From: Eledone cirrhosa
Taxonomy: Eukaryota
Length of the DNA stretch: 64,000 nucleotides
NCBI GenBank assembly: GCA_964016885.1
Contig: OZ024741.1
Coordinates: 60,016,001 to 60,080,000 of the forward strand
Reading direction: 5' to 3'
Shown here: in pieces, positions 22,515-36,600 of the stretch
Position numbering within the stretch: the first letter of the stretch is position 1
Layout: every line of letters begins with the position of its first letter
Made by a program: the position numbers and the translations under genes
Notes under the pieces: model-generated
What the model was told of the DNA's origin: nothing
Databases searched by the model: none
What the model saw: the letters and a program-made list of their open reading frames with translations, nothing else

Positions 22515-23085
22515 CAGTGTGTGGAAATGTGTATGTGTGTCCGTAATTGCGTGTGCTTCTGTGAATGTTTCAGTTTATGCGTATGAATGTGCGTGTGTCT
22601 AATTTATTCGGTAGGCTTGCCTAACTGTGCTGTAAGACATAAAAACTAAAACACACAGCTTGTATAAGGAAGTGTGTATGTGTATCAGTGTGTGTGTGTG
22701 TGTGTGTGTGTTTGTGTGTCTGTGGAAAATGTCTGCATTTGTATGTTTGCCTGATTCGTTTGTGCATGGAAGTATGTGTGTGTGTGTGTGTGTGTTTGTG
22801 TCTGTGCGTGTGTCTGTGAGAGAGTGTTTATGTGTGGGAGAGTCTATATATGCCTGAGTCCGTGTGTGTCTGTGAATGATCGAGTGGGTGCGATTTATTC
22901 TGTATACAAGCTTAACTGTGCTCTAAGACATAACGAAGACGAAAACACGTTATGTTCGGGTCTGTGAGTGTATACACAGAGGGTATATCTGTGTATGTGT
23001 GAACTTCTGTAAGTGTATGTGTAATGTAACTGATAGCGCCCGAGAGAGTCTGCTTATATGTGACTGAGTATATATGTGTGCGTGT
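22515..23085. repeat. Degenerate (TG)n-rich region with recurring GCTTAACTGTGCTGTAAGAC-like sub-repeat
   Basis: Motif recurs near 22487, 22620 and 22910. Confidence 0.6.
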
Positions 23086-24003
23086 AAGTTATTTTTATAT
23101 CGATTGTAGATATTGAAGCTTTCCAAATGCCATGTGACCTAATGCAATCAGCAATAAACGCAGTCTCGTTTCTGTTTGCTTTACATGTTTGTTATATTCT
23201 TTTTTATATTTTATTTTTATGTATTTCTTTCAGTCGATGATCTGCAATTTCAGCTTCTCTCACTTTTAAATAAGTAATCAATAAGGCTTACAGCCATTCA
23301 ACTTTTCTTTGACAGTAATTTGTCATTTACTGTGTAAGCTTCCAACCTAATAGCTAGCTCCATAAACAACAAACACCACCGCCAAACAACATTCATCATA
23401 ATAATAATAACAATAACATCATTTTGATAGAGGTTGCAGATACTTCCCAGGCACCGTTGACACTGGATGTATCCTTGATTATACCGATCACATTAATATC
23501 ATTTTCTCCTTCACAGAAAATGTCTGCAAAGCAACATCATTTTCAACAACGAAAGTCAACAAAAATGAAAAAAGGACAATTGTAATACGAGCAACAAGAA
23601 CACCAACAACTCTAAATATATAAAATTATATATTCCATTCATTTAATTCAACACGTTTCCCAATAACGAAGCACTTTAGGCGGTCTTGGGTGTCTGAAAA
23701 ATTAAACTTACCTCATTAACTTAAAAGGGTTTCATTGAATTATTGAATTACTATAAGCTTAATGTTATTGACAAAACTGTGAAATGCGATATTAGCGGAT
23801 GTATTCGGTAAATAATATGTTTGTATAAGTGGCCGCAAGGATAAAGCACCAAACTGTTGCCAATCTTGCATATACATTACAAATTACTCTGTTCATCTTC
23901 AAGTTACTTTAGCAGGAAGTTAAATATGAGTGTCTTATATAAGCGTTAGACGACCGCCATATATATATATATATACATTATATATATATATGTATGTATG
24001 TAC

Positions 24004-24045
<42 letters not shown>

Positions 24046-24191
24046 CAGTGGTCACAGCATTGGATATTTGAGTTCTGCAAATACTTGTAAATTTGCACAT
24101 AGCATAACTAGGCTGTAGTACCACCCTGGAAACATTTGTAAGCATACGGAATAAATTACCTTTTTATGATGTCTACCTGTTATTATTCATT

Positions 24192-24234
<43 letters not shown>

Positions 24235-24249
24235 CATACATACTTCAAT

Positions 24250-24845
24250 ACATAAACAGAGAAAGCCTTAAGCGATACTCCGACCAACTCCATCTCACTC
24301 AACAAACATTAGGATATACTTAAGTATTATCCCAATTTAGTGTTTGAGACCTTATTAAATAAATATCTCATTTCTTCCAGACGGCCGTTTCGTTATAAGA
24401 TTTCTACAATTTGGGATACATAATTACTAGGTTATGTAGAAACTTGTATATAATCCATAGTTTTATACACAAGCGGGCTCTAATAAACTCATTAGTGGAT
24501 GCCCAGTCAATAACGATATAAAAATTATATCGACATTAACAGAATGGTGATGGTCTCCCTCAGCGCTAAGAAGAGACTGGTAGATTAGAATCCAGCAGTT
24601 CTTTCAAAGAAAAAATACACGCTGACCCCAAAAGGGTAAAGGGAGGTCATCTTAAAATAAAACAATATACACGCTGGTCAATAAAATCAGTTAGGTATTA
24701 ACCACGTGTATAAGAACTCAATTGGAAACTAATCAGTGGATGCCCAGTCAATAACGATATAAGAATTATATCGACATTAACAGAATGGTGATGGTCTCCC
24801 TCAGCGCTAACAAGAGACTGGCAGTTCTTTCAAAGAAAAAGAAAA
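24250..24845 (-). mobile_element. PLE-type pseudo-LTR with partial tandem duplication (24487-24615 / 24727-24840)
   Basis: Direct repeat; hammerhead motif; adjacent to (TA)n. Confidence 0.6.
24376..24499 (-). ncRNA. Hammerhead ribozyme motif with large branched stem II
   Basis: Minus strand: TCCA-CTAATGA-[about 95 nt with two hairpins]-GAAAC-GGCC-GTC-TGGA; one core substitution (CTAATGA). Confidence 0.6.
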
Positions 24846-25017
24846 TGCACACATATACACATACACACACACACACAGATATATATATAATGTGTGTGTG
24901 AGTGTGTGTGCCTCTGTATGTGTATGAGTGCGTGAGAGAGTGTGTGTGTGTGCACGCACGCATGCATGTATGTATGTATGTATGTATGTATGTATGTATG
25001 TATGTATGTATGTATGT

Positions 25018-25621
25018 CAGGTCACCAGTTGGTGCTACTGGTAATATGTATCCCAGTACAACCTGTCTCATGGTCGGGTCGTTGGCGACTAAACTGGCAA
25101 CCCCACCAAGGTTTCTTGGTGAGGAGGGTGACTTTGGACATCCTGCAGGACTAAAAACAAAACCTGTCAAAGGGCAAAGGAGCTCTTAAGAGTCAATGGC
25201 CATCCAAAATCACCGGGAGAGATGGCCCTTTAGCCTTTGTCAAGGCAGAATTCTAGGAGAAGGAAAACTCTGATATAACACCTGCAACTCTGATGGTATC
25301 CAATGATGTTAACTTGTTCTTCTTTTAGGTAAATATCATCTTGGTTAAGAGAGTGGGACTGGCTTTGTGCAGTTCCTTTGCTCACTATAAAAGCTTCACG
25401 GCACAGGCATTGCTTTATATCTGGAGATCACACTGCACTTGTCGTCACATGGTACCATGGGCCCAGCACTATATGTCAATAATTGTCACATGTGTAGTGT
25501 TTGTACCAGAGTTTTCAAGTCGCTGGCTGAACTAAAAAGTCACTCGTTCAGCGCATCGGTAGGGGTTCTCCTACATGGATATAAAGTAGTGGCCGTACTC
25601 GAAAACGAGTTGGCAGCCAAC
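25018..25621 (+). mobile_element. Bipartite non-autonomous RTE derivative (5'UTR + extreme 3' end) in a (TATG)n tract
   Basis: RTE 5'UTR motif CTAGGAGAAGGAAAACTCTGA at about 25253; C-terminal C2H2 finger [17 protein letters not shown]; no RT in between. Confidence 0.7.
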
Positions 25622-25899
25622 ATGTATGTATGTATGTATAATGCAGCAAATATCAGAGATAAAGTGTAATCATGTTTTCTTGACACGTGTGTTTCTGCAG
25701 AACCGAACAAAAGAAAGTATGAAATACGGAAAACAATAACAGAACCAAACAACAAAAAACTTGTCAAGCTCCATTAATAATATATATAATTAATATTTTT
25801 ATATTATTTTCTGATCTTTGACTCTTTTTTGCCGTCATTGGAGAAAATTGAAAACAATCTTCATTCTAAGAAGTGATGCCATTATATTATATTTTAAAC

Positions 25900-26150
25900 C
25901 GATGTGTCCTTGAGCAAGACGCGTTATTTCAAGTTAATTCTGTCTACATAGCTGTATAAAAGACGCTGCAACATCACTAGTGCCAAGCACTATCGACTGT
26001 GCCCTTGCCTTTTGTTGGGTGAATAGGCATTCGCATACGTGGAGGACTGCTGCTCATTTACACACTACCCTTCCTATGCCTGTGCCTCTGTGTGGGAACC
26101 CATAGTCGGTCGTGACAAAAGAGGGGTTGGGAATGCTTTACTTTTACCAA
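25900..26150 (+). mobile_element. SINE fragment (head missing)
   Basis: GTGTCCTTGAGCAAGAC core-type motif; CTTTACTTTTAC tail. Confidence 0.45.
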
Positions 26151-26541
26151 GATCAAACTGCCACTAATCGGGCCTGTTTGAGATGCACACAGAGCGAGAA
26201 AAGAATTATGCACGTATATGGTTTGTCCATTGCTCACATCTACAGTGTTGTTGAATAGGTGTTATCTAACGTAGGACACACCTGGCTCTCTACTGAGGCC
26301 ATTGCGTAGATAGCCTGGTCGCTTTCAATTGGCCAGGAAAGTATAGTGTCTGATGTTTATGGTAAAAGAAGTTGATGACATGGAGGTGAGTGAAAATATT
26401 AAAAGCTGATATCCTCTTATTCGGCCAAGCTCTAATTGTCCATTTCAAGTTCTAACTCAAGAGGTTGAGATAATAGAGGGTATATTTTGCAAAGGTGCGT
26501 GCGTACACTCATGTAGATATTCAGAATCCTCATCCCCCATC

Positions 26542-26672
<131 letters not shown>

Positions 26673-26718
26673 GAAAGGTATAGAAAACATTGTAGCGAAA
26701 AGCCAACAGTATTCCATA

Positions 26719-26751
<33 letters not shown>

Positions 26752-26949
26752 TCCTTCACTACATAAAACTAGCGCAAAAAAATAACCATGATTGATAATA
26801 GCAAGCTGGAACGGAACAATAAACAAAACAGGAGTGCACTATGGCATGCACCGGCAAATAACATTACAGTCCTCGGGAAAAATAATAATAATACGGGATA
26901 TAGTAATAGACAGGATTTAATTCATTCGGACCCGGAGTTGAACCACCCC

Positions 26950-27615
26950 CAATAATAACTGTTACTGCAGAGATCCAGCAAACTGCCCTATGCAGAAGAG
27001 AGGACTTCAAATTAACATAGTGTAAGGATGTAGGGTTACTACTAGTAATAGAAATTATAATCAGGTTCAACAGTGACCAATTTTAAGGAGGGGTGGTACA
27101 ATCATTGCTACAGGCTTAATAGCATTGATAAGCGGAATAGCACGGCAGTATGCGAGCTTATATGGATGCCTAAGCAGGACTGAATATAACATTTATTGTC
27201 GTGGTCCTGGCTTACAATCACATAGCCGTATTAGGGACGATCTTTTGCGAATGTTTGTTATCTTTACACCAAGTGGTAATTCTAGAAATTGGGGCCATAT
27301 ATCAATAAATTCTCCGATTTCTTTATTACAAGTAGACACACAATAAACGTTCCCAAAACTCATTAAGTTATAGATTATAGCCTATACATTTTGAAGCCAC
27401 CTCCTCCATCAACGTAAGCATGACCCACATATTACATCATTTCAGTATCACCTAGAACAATGGTGTGTAGGTACATTGGTTTATCTGGACCTATCCTTTA
27501 AAACGGCAAGAGCTCAACAATCGGCATCCTGACCCTTTATTAAATTATCATACTCCAAGTATCGAGTACTCTGTAGAGTAAATGTCTAACCAGTTTCTAA
27601 CCGAATCCATCCTGA
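26950..27615 (+). mobile_element. Degraded Penelope-like 3' fragment (GIY-YIG endonuclease + terminal region)
   Basis: With one stop and one frameshift reads CYCRDPANCPMQ..NIV*GCRV...GSTVTNFKEGWYNH...RNSTAVCELIW; ends in (TA)n. Confidence 0.72.
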
Positions 27616-27639
27616 TATATATATATATATATATATATA

Positions 27640-28710
27640 TAATAAAATGAGTCCCTCATCAGTGATTTGCCGACGATCATAGATATTTCATTGCATTAAA
27701 AATCATATACCTCACGTCGGTGCAATAATAACCAAAATAAGTTATTAGGACAATTAAAACGCGTAAAGCGAGTGAGACAGGAGAACAACAAAGAGTATGG
27801 CTAACCAGGGGAAAGAAACAAGCTTCAAAAATTATTCTGTTTAGCATAAGCTAGGTGAATATATGAGCGCTTTTAGAACAGACCCGACACGAGCGAAGGT
27901 TATGTGCGGAGAGAGAAAAATAGCCTTCGTGGCGTACAGGATGAAATGAAGAGAAGAGAGAGAAACAGTGAGTGAGTGAAAGTGTGAGGAAGAGTTAACT
28001 GACATGACAGAGGGGGAGAAACAGAGAGAATGGGGAGAGAAAAAAACACAGAATCGCAGTGGTAAATATATGTAATAAAATATAGAGAAAAATACTGCAG
28101 GTAGCACCTGTCATGTCAGTTAACTCTTCCTCACACTTTCACTCACTCACTGTTTCTCTCTCTTCTCTTCATTTCATCCTGTACACCACGAAGGCTATTT
28201 TTCTCTCTCCGCACATAACCTTCGCTCGTGTCGGGTCTGTTCTAAAAGCGCTCATATATTCACCTAGCTTATGCTAAACAGAATAATTTTTGAAGCTTGT
28301 TTCTTTCCCCTGGTTAGCCATACTCTTTGTTGTTCTCCTGTCTCACTCGCTTTACGCGTTTTAATTGTCCTAATAACTTATTTTGGTTATTATTGCACCG
28401 ACGCGAGGTATATGATTTTTAATGCAATGAAATATCTATGATCGTCGGCAAATCACTGATGAGGGACTCATTTTATTACATGTTATCCATGTGCTACCTG
28501 CAGTATTTTTCTCTATATTTTATTACATATATTTACCACTGCGATTCTGTGTTTTTTCTCTCTCTCTTACTGTTCCCCCTTCTCTCTGTTTCTCCCCCTC
28601 TGTCATGTCAGTTAACTCTTCCTCACACTTTCACTCACTCACTGTTTCTCTCTCTTCTCTTCATTTCATCCTGTACACCACGAAGGCTATTTTTCTCTCT
28701 CCGCACATAA
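27640..28710. repeat. About 370-bp inverted repeat (27640-28010 / 28108-28478) plus partial tandem copy (28491-28710); PLE pseudo-LTR-like arrangement
   Basis: Near-perfect reverse-complement arms; CTGATGA at 28456 without a following GAAA. Confidence 0.85.
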
Positions 28711-28877
28711 TAATCTATCATACAGTTACACACTCACACATATAAACGAACACATATACATATGTGTGTGTGTATATCAAATAATATCTAAATATCTATC
28801 AAAAAACTTTTTTTCTATTAATATCTCTCTCCCAATATCTATTCATTTACTCATAGAATATTGTTATAGCCTCCTCC

Positions 28878-28934
<57 letters not shown>

Positions 28935-29027
28935 TATTGGTGTGTGTATGTGTGTGTATACATATATATATATACACATATATATACACATATATATACA
29001 CATATATATACACACATATATATATAT

Positions 29028-29559
<532 letters not shown>

Positions 29560-29588
29560 CGCATATATATATATATATATATATATAA

Positions 29589-29662
<74 letters not shown>

Positions 29663-29670
<8 letters not shown>

Positions 29671-30225
29671 TAAATAAATTAAAAAATATAATTTAAATAT
29701 TTACCTATTCCTTTTGCTTTTACCGACGGTTCCACCTCACAAAAGATTGGAAATCCGAGTGACTTCCAATGGAAATGTTCGGTTTTTCAGAAAGCATTTT
29801 CCCTACAGAGGACGTTAAGTCCCACGAGCGGCAAAATATATTGCCCTCTGCCAGCTAGTGTAGAATCAAATGAGGCCGTAAACTTGACCCACACGTGAAC
29901 TAGCCCGTAGTAGAAGTAAACATAGACGTGTTGTCTATCACGCCACTAAAAATAGCAGCTAGGTAAAACAACGGACCTTTTCTCTACACATAAGAGAATA
30001 TATAAAAAGGAGATCAATATTACCAGAGGTACTAAGTACCTCTCGAAATATATTGGGTGTCTGTGATACAGTTGTTGTTCTATGGTATTAATTTGACATA
30101 CCAGAACTATAAAATTGAGGTAAGGGGAGCAAGTAAGATTCAAACAATTTTTTTAAATAAATTAAAAAATATAATTTAAATATTGCCTATTTCTTTTGCT
30201 TTTACCGACGGATTCACCTCACAAA
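29663..30225 (-). mobile_element. PLE-type pseudo-LTR with about 80-bp direct repeats (29663-29743 / 30147-30224) and degenerate hammerhead at 29715-29796
   Basis: Direct repeat visible; minus strand TGCTTT-CTGAAAA-ACC...GGT-GGAAC-CGTCG-GTA-AAAGCA. Confidence 0.55.
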
Positions 30226-30260
30226 TATAGATATATAGATATATTGTGAGTGAGATAGAG

Positions 30261-30295
<35 letters not shown>

Positions 30296-30974
30296 ACGGT
30301 TGAAGAGAGAAAAATACTATCAACATTAAGTCAATGTCTGTTCAAATACGTTTATATGATTTTCTGAATTAGGTTTGTATTTCGGCAAAACACCACTCAT
30401 TTAAAGTAGGAATCATGAAATGAACTGATAATATTTATGTATTGACTAGGTAATGTCTATCGAATCCATAACACACTGCGCTTTTTCCTCTCTGAGATAC
30501 AATCTCTGATGTAATAACTTTCCACAACTTCATTATTTTAAATTTAACTTATATTATATATTATGTCTAGGCCCCACTTCAAACATATTCTAGACACTAT
30601 TGGATTATATCCTTTTACTGTTAAGCTTATAGTTTTCTGTTTTTGTATTATTTTGTACTCTAAACTGACTTTTATATAAATGACTAGATTTCCATGTCTG
30701 TTGCTCCACCTCCAGGTACTCTTCATTATATTGCATCAGTGCTATATAATCATTGAAGGCGGCAACTATGCTGAGTCGATAGAACGATAGATAGACGCTT
30801 TTCAGTGCAGTAGATATGTGTTTAAGTCTTGAATGTGACAACAAGCAAGACACAATGTTTACAAATTCAATCTCCTTTTGTTTATATTACATAAGGTCAA
30901 TTGAACATTAATTCGTAACAATCGTAATAGACGCAATAACTCACACTATTACTTTCAGTGAAATTAATTATTTC

Positions 30975-31128
30975 TGCTTTAGATACAAGGTACCAATTTG
31001 AAGTGGGAGGGGAAAGTCGATTAAATCGACCCCGATGCTTACTGGTATTTTATTTTATCGATCCTGTAAGGATGAATGGCACAGCTAACCTCGGCAGGAT
31101 TTGAAATCGGAACGTAAAGGGCCTTAAC
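30975..31128 (-). mobile_element. tRNA-derived SINE (same family as 55320-55500)
   Basis: ACTGGTATTTTATTTTATCGATCCTGTAAGGATGAA...CCTCGGCAGGATTTGAA matches the 55364-55428 segment. Confidence 0.7.
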
Positions 31129-31724
31129 TCTCAATATTACAATAGAAATGATGTAATATTGACTGTACATTTGTGTTGTGTAAGTATTAATGAACCCTAG
31201 GATAAATGTGAACACACAATTCTCTTGTGTTCAAAGAACAACCAATACCTCATGTCATAAACAGAAAACTTAGCGATATTTGTTGGCACACATATCTAAT
31301 GTAGCATACGAATCTGACTGACATGCACTCGGGAAAAATTCAGGAGATTCTTCAAAAATTGAAATTTCCGTCGAGTTTCATAACATACTGTAATTTAAGC
31401 GAACATTTCTAGAACATCCTCTATAAATAAAACAGGCGTTGGGAATAATATTTTGATGTGAGAGTTGGAAGGTCATTGTATGAACAAAATCTTCAATCGG
31501 AAATGAAAATATATCACTCACAGAAAGATGATGTTCAATGAACAAGTCAAATATTCTTCCTTAGCAAGAATAAATGTATGGTGACCACAGTAGTATTCGT
31601 TCAGGCCTGTTGTGCTCTCACTTCGTGAAGGTCAACTTGAAGTTAAATTCGTCAGATCGGATAAAGGAAACAGTTTTTTCCGTCGGTCTTTACATTGCTG
31701 ATTTTATCTACCATTCGCAAAGCC

Positions 31725-32130
31725 TCTCAGAAAGAGCAGCGGGAAATAAAATGTCTTCCTCAAGAACACAATGCTTGCTCTGTCTGGGAATCAAACTCAC
31801 AATCACACAGATGGGAATCCAGCTATCTCACTAGTAGGCCCTCTTGTGAAATTAACGTGTACGAGACTCCACATTTCAGAGTAACCTTTGCCCGTAATGA
31901 AATAGGGCGATACAGCTTGACATAGTGTGTGTGGCAAGGCATGCCTTTTGAATTACGGGTGCAGTTCACCCGACAGGTTTCCTGATAAATTCCGTCTATC
32001 TCATTTCACTCAATAGGCATAGGCCTACCCGTGGCTATGGTAATTAATACATGCCCAAGATGCCAGGCAATTGAATCGAACCCGGGCTCTACTGATTTCA
32101 AAGCAAACTTCTTAACCGTTCACCCATGCT
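31725..32130 (-). mobile_element. Two degraded tRNA-SINE heads (about 31725-31845 and 31990-32130)
   Basis: Reverse B boxes GGAATCAAACTC and GAATCGAACCC, each next to a CAAGAACACA/GCCCAAGA core-like motif. Confidence 0.45.
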
Positions 32131-32429
32131 ACATCTACAATGTATTAACTATGTGTTGTTTTCACCAACTCTAATTAATCCCAATTGAAAATCACAGTAT
32201 AATAGATATTTAATTTCGAGGAAGGTCACAATTCAATATGAGTTGATTAATATTGTATTTCATATTTTAGAAAGAAACACTCATAATAGGAACGGCTGCA
32301 TACTTGACTACTTGCTTATTCATATTTCAACGGCACTATTGTTTACAAATGTATCAACTCTGTTTGGCTAGTAGGCAGCAATGCGTCCCGCTAGTCTCTC
32401 TGCTTGTAAAAACTGTATCACCATCAAAA

Positions 32430-32620
32430 TCCCAATTAATGCTGTTACAAGAGTGACGAAGTGATTTGTGATATTTTTTCCGGCTCTTTGCGTAATATGT
32501 TCAAATCCCACAGAATTCAGTTTTGACGTTCCTCCTTCTGGGGTGGTTAAAATGAAGTACTAGTTAAGTACTGGGGTCGATATAACCAGCATTCCCCTCC
32601 CACAAAATTGCTAGCTTTTT
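32430..32620 (+). mobile_element. Degraded SINE (family of 55320-55500)
   Basis: GTTCAAATCCC...CCTTCTGGGGTGGTTAAAATGAAGTACTAG...CTGGGGTCGAT. Confidence 0.5.
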
Positions 32621-33543
32621 GATTATGTTTTATACCTAATACTGTCACAATAAAGCTTCACAACGCCCCTCTAACAGCTCATAATATTTTCTAGATGTAC
32701 ATGTAGAAGTTTACTCTATACATTCTGAAGTATTAAATGCTATCATAATAATCCTTGCAAATCGCTGTTTTATTGACGGTTTTCAATCAGTTGAAGTTTA
32801 GAAGCGGAGATGTTTTCTCTATAGTAAAATCAAATGTTTCACGATCAATATTATTCTTCAAACGATTTTAAGAAACATGAATTTAGTTGGATATTTTAAT
32901 GGAATAAACCTGCATTCTTTTAAGAGTTTTTCTTATCGAATTTAATAGATATAAGTGCGAGTAAATATATTAGTTTATGCATCAGAATCAGCAATGATAT
33001 GCAATAAAACTAACAGAGCTATATTCCTACAGAATAGTTTCCACGCCTGATTGATTTCAGAGGAAGCTACTAGCAGTAGGATTTACAGGATACCACCATT
33101 TAATGTAACAGGTTTTTATTGTAGCACAACAGTTTTCCTGTAAAATGTCAGAGCGTGTCATATCAACTCTTGTATGACATTTATAGATGACCACCTTGCA
33201 AAAAGATATTTAAATAGGTTCATGCATACTCACATTGATGAATGCACACACATTTACACACATACACACAGTGTAGAGTAACGAAAATATTCACTGGAAC
33301 AAACTTCGATCACAAGCTAACATGAAACGTAAAAACAAGAAAATAAATTGCCATATAACAGCATTCCTACGTCATGCTTAACAAAAATGAAACGCTACTG
33401 TCACATTATTCGATTTTCTTTTGCAGTAAAAGCTTTAATTCTTCTGCCTTTACTGATTTGCTTTGATGACAAAAGACGTCATGAAAGGTCAAGGCAGAAG
33501 GCTGAAAGAAATCTAATGAAACAAGTGTGAAGGAATAAATTAA

Positions 33544-33579
<36 letters not shown>

Positions 33580-33609
33580 ATTAATAATAATAATAATAAT
33601 AATAATAAT

Positions 33610-36600
33610 GATTTCTTTATTAACCACAAGGGTTTACATAAAGTAGACATTAAGGACAGTGCAGGACAATACAGTACGGTACAAATGGGCATTTCTGCGT
33701 GTAAAAAACAAAAACAGAGGATGTAACAAAAAAATAACAATGAAAAATTCCCCAATAGGGGGGAGACTTCGGAGGGACATTTGTGGAGAAAGCCCAGTAA
33801 AAAACCACAGTGACCCTGACCACCAAGGCAAGTGCCCTTTCCCAGTTTTCCACCTTTAATTTACAGATATATACTCAGAGTAGGCCCATTCACTCGGGCC
33901 ATTCTTGCTTCTCTCACCCATCTTTCAACAAAATGCTGGGAAGGGAGCACTTCTCTCTTTACTCTGATTTTCCTTTTCAAATGAAATTTGAAAAAGTCAA
34001 TTAGGGCATCATCGAAGAGGTAAGTGCTCGTCCTCAGCCCTTTCAAACGTGTCCACCATACTATCTCTTTCGCCATGGCCACCAGGCAGATAAAAACTGC
34101 CTCCCCTTCCTGGCTAAAGGAGGAGGGCGGAGCAATCCTCACGATGGACTCAGATGATAGCCGGATCCGTCCTACACGCGACAGCAGGTGTTCGACATAA
34201 ACCCACAAGTCAGCAATTTTCGGACACTGGACGAGTGCGTGCAGGACGACATCGTCGCCCTGCGCGCATCTCGGACATGCCCGACTGACGGCACCTCCAT
34301 TCCTGTAGAGTTTATCCTGAACTGGTAAGGCTCCTCGGTAGCACTGCTAGGCCAGAGATTTCTGGAAGTTGTCCATAGGCCCTGGCCCGAAAGTTCTTCC
34401 GAAGAGATTGGCTTGTTGATTTTCGTCGACGCCATGAGTTTCCCCAAGTACGTCGTCGCTCTTCCCCTCCACTAATCCTCTATGGAACGCCGAGGTGGAG
34501 TTTCCACCGATCACATTGCCCGATTGGTCGAGGTCTGTGAGCGCCTGAAGAGATTCCAGTCTAGGAGCTCCCTCTCGGTCTTCGCTTGACCCAGGACTGC
34601 AGCTCCGTCAAGGAAACAAGCTGGGGAAATACGTGTCTAGCAAACGGCGACCACACCTGATCACCGTCGATGAAGAGGTGGAGATGTCGTAGCCTGAGCG
34701 CGTTCCTGCGCATCATCAGCCACGGTATGCCCAGCCCTCCACGTAGCGGGGTTGACAACAGATGGACCGCCTGACCATCGGAGCGCGTCCCTTCCACAAA
34801 AAGCGAAAGAGCAAACGCTCCAGCGCAGTCAGGCGAGGCTTAGGACAAGGTACGACGGTCAGGTGGTAGTAGATGACAGACGCGATGTACGCGTTAGCCA
34901 CCTCCGCTCGACCTTTCAGGGATAGCTTCCTCTCCGCCCATTTCTGGGTGAGAGAAGCCACCCTGCTCGTCACCTCGTCCCAGTTTTTGTCCGTCTGGAG
35001 GTCCAGACCCCTAGCAATTTAACCGGTCCGTCCATCCAGCGTCCGACGACGCTGTTGGACGGCATGGACTGCCTCTCCAGGTGCCGAGCTGCAGGCCCAC
35101 TGACTTTTCCTGGTTGATCATTGCTCCTGTCACCGCTTCGTATTCTCTTAGTGTAGTGCCGATCGCCTCGATGTGTTTGGCGTTCGACACCACTACGCTG
35201 ACATCGTCCGCGTATACTGACACGGATCTTCCGCATCCTAGTTCGCGCGGGACGCCCCTCAACGTCTCCAGTTTGTGCAGTAATGGCTCGAGAGTCAATA
35301 CGTACAAGAGGGACGAGAGGGGACATCCTTGGCGGACCGAGCGCATGATGTTGAACGGTTCCGAAAGGTGACCGTTCACTCTCACCACAGAGCAGATGTC
35401 GCTGTGCATGTCAGCGATCCAGCCTCTGAAGACGGGCTCAGAGCCAGCCGCCCTCAGGACTGCCGCTAGATAATGATGGTCGACCCTATCGAAAGCTTTC
35501 GACTGATCTAAATTGATCAAGGCCCCACCCGTGCCAGGTTCCCTAGCTACCCTCTCTACGATGTAAGCATGAGGTGGGGGTTGTCGTGGATGGATCTGTC
35601 GGGAATGGCGCATGTCTGCGCCTCTACCACCAGACCACCAACGACAAGCGCCAACCTCTTTGCTAGCACCTTGGCCAAAATCTTGAACTCTGTGTTTAGC
35701 AGAGTTATGGGCCTGAAATTATCTATGTAATCCCCCTTGTTCGCATCCTTTCTCAGCAGAGCGACCGCTCCTCGGCTCACACAACTGGGAATTCTCCCGT
35801 TCTGTTGCCAGTTGCAGTAGACGTCCGCAAGAGGCCTCCGAACAAGTCTGGCATCTGTACGTAAAGTTCATAGAGCAGACTCTCCAAACGAGGCGATTTA
35901 CCCTTGTGCAGCCAGTCATCGCCCCCGTACTTCAGCGGCTGTTATCGGCTTTTCGCAACACTCCGCCTCAGTGGCCGAGAGCCGCAGCAGTCCGTCGAGG
36001 TAGACACTAAAGTCCATCCCTCGACCCGGCCCACCGCTGCCCCCGAACAGCTGAGTGAAGTGTCGCTGAAAAGCTTCACACAATCTCCCGGGATCGAGTA
36101 GCATGCGCCCGTCGTGGTCCGCCAAAGACCGGATCGTGGCTTTGTTGCCACGACGCGTCTCCGCCACTCGGGCCCATTGAACGGCTTTCGTCCCCTCGTG
36201 TCTGAGAGCACGCACCTAGCTCTGACAACGCAGCCTTCGTGCTTTGCATTGAAGAATTGGTCAAGGGCCAATTTCGACGCAAGCACGTCGGTCGCAATGC
36301 CTTTGGTAAGCGCCTCGTCTAATTTTCTAACTAGTTCTCGCTCTGCTCTATTTTTCTCTATTGCTAAAGCCTTACTGAACCTAATTGATTCTATTCTAAT
36401 CGCTATTTTCAGAGCAAACCACCACTTGTTGTTGACGATGGCCCCCGTCAACGCCCGCTTAACTAGTTCGCAACTCCGGTCTCTGTAGGCCTTGCCCGCT
36501 GGTAAGGACGCGTTTAGCTTCCAGTAGCCGGGTCCAGTAGACGGCCACTAGCCCGAAAGCTTGCCCGTCTCCGCTGGTCATGTCCAGCACCACCAACTTA

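Noticed and set aside
24060-24145. GAAACATTTGTA half-hammerhead between TA tracts
   Set aside because: No recognisable CUGANGA box.
30605-30853. Protein-like ORF (AAFNDYIALMQYNEEYLEVEQQTW); similar short acceptor-led frames at about 150, 20809, 23234 and 33427
   Set aside because: No recognisable homology or consistent donor/acceptor chain; compatible with chance.
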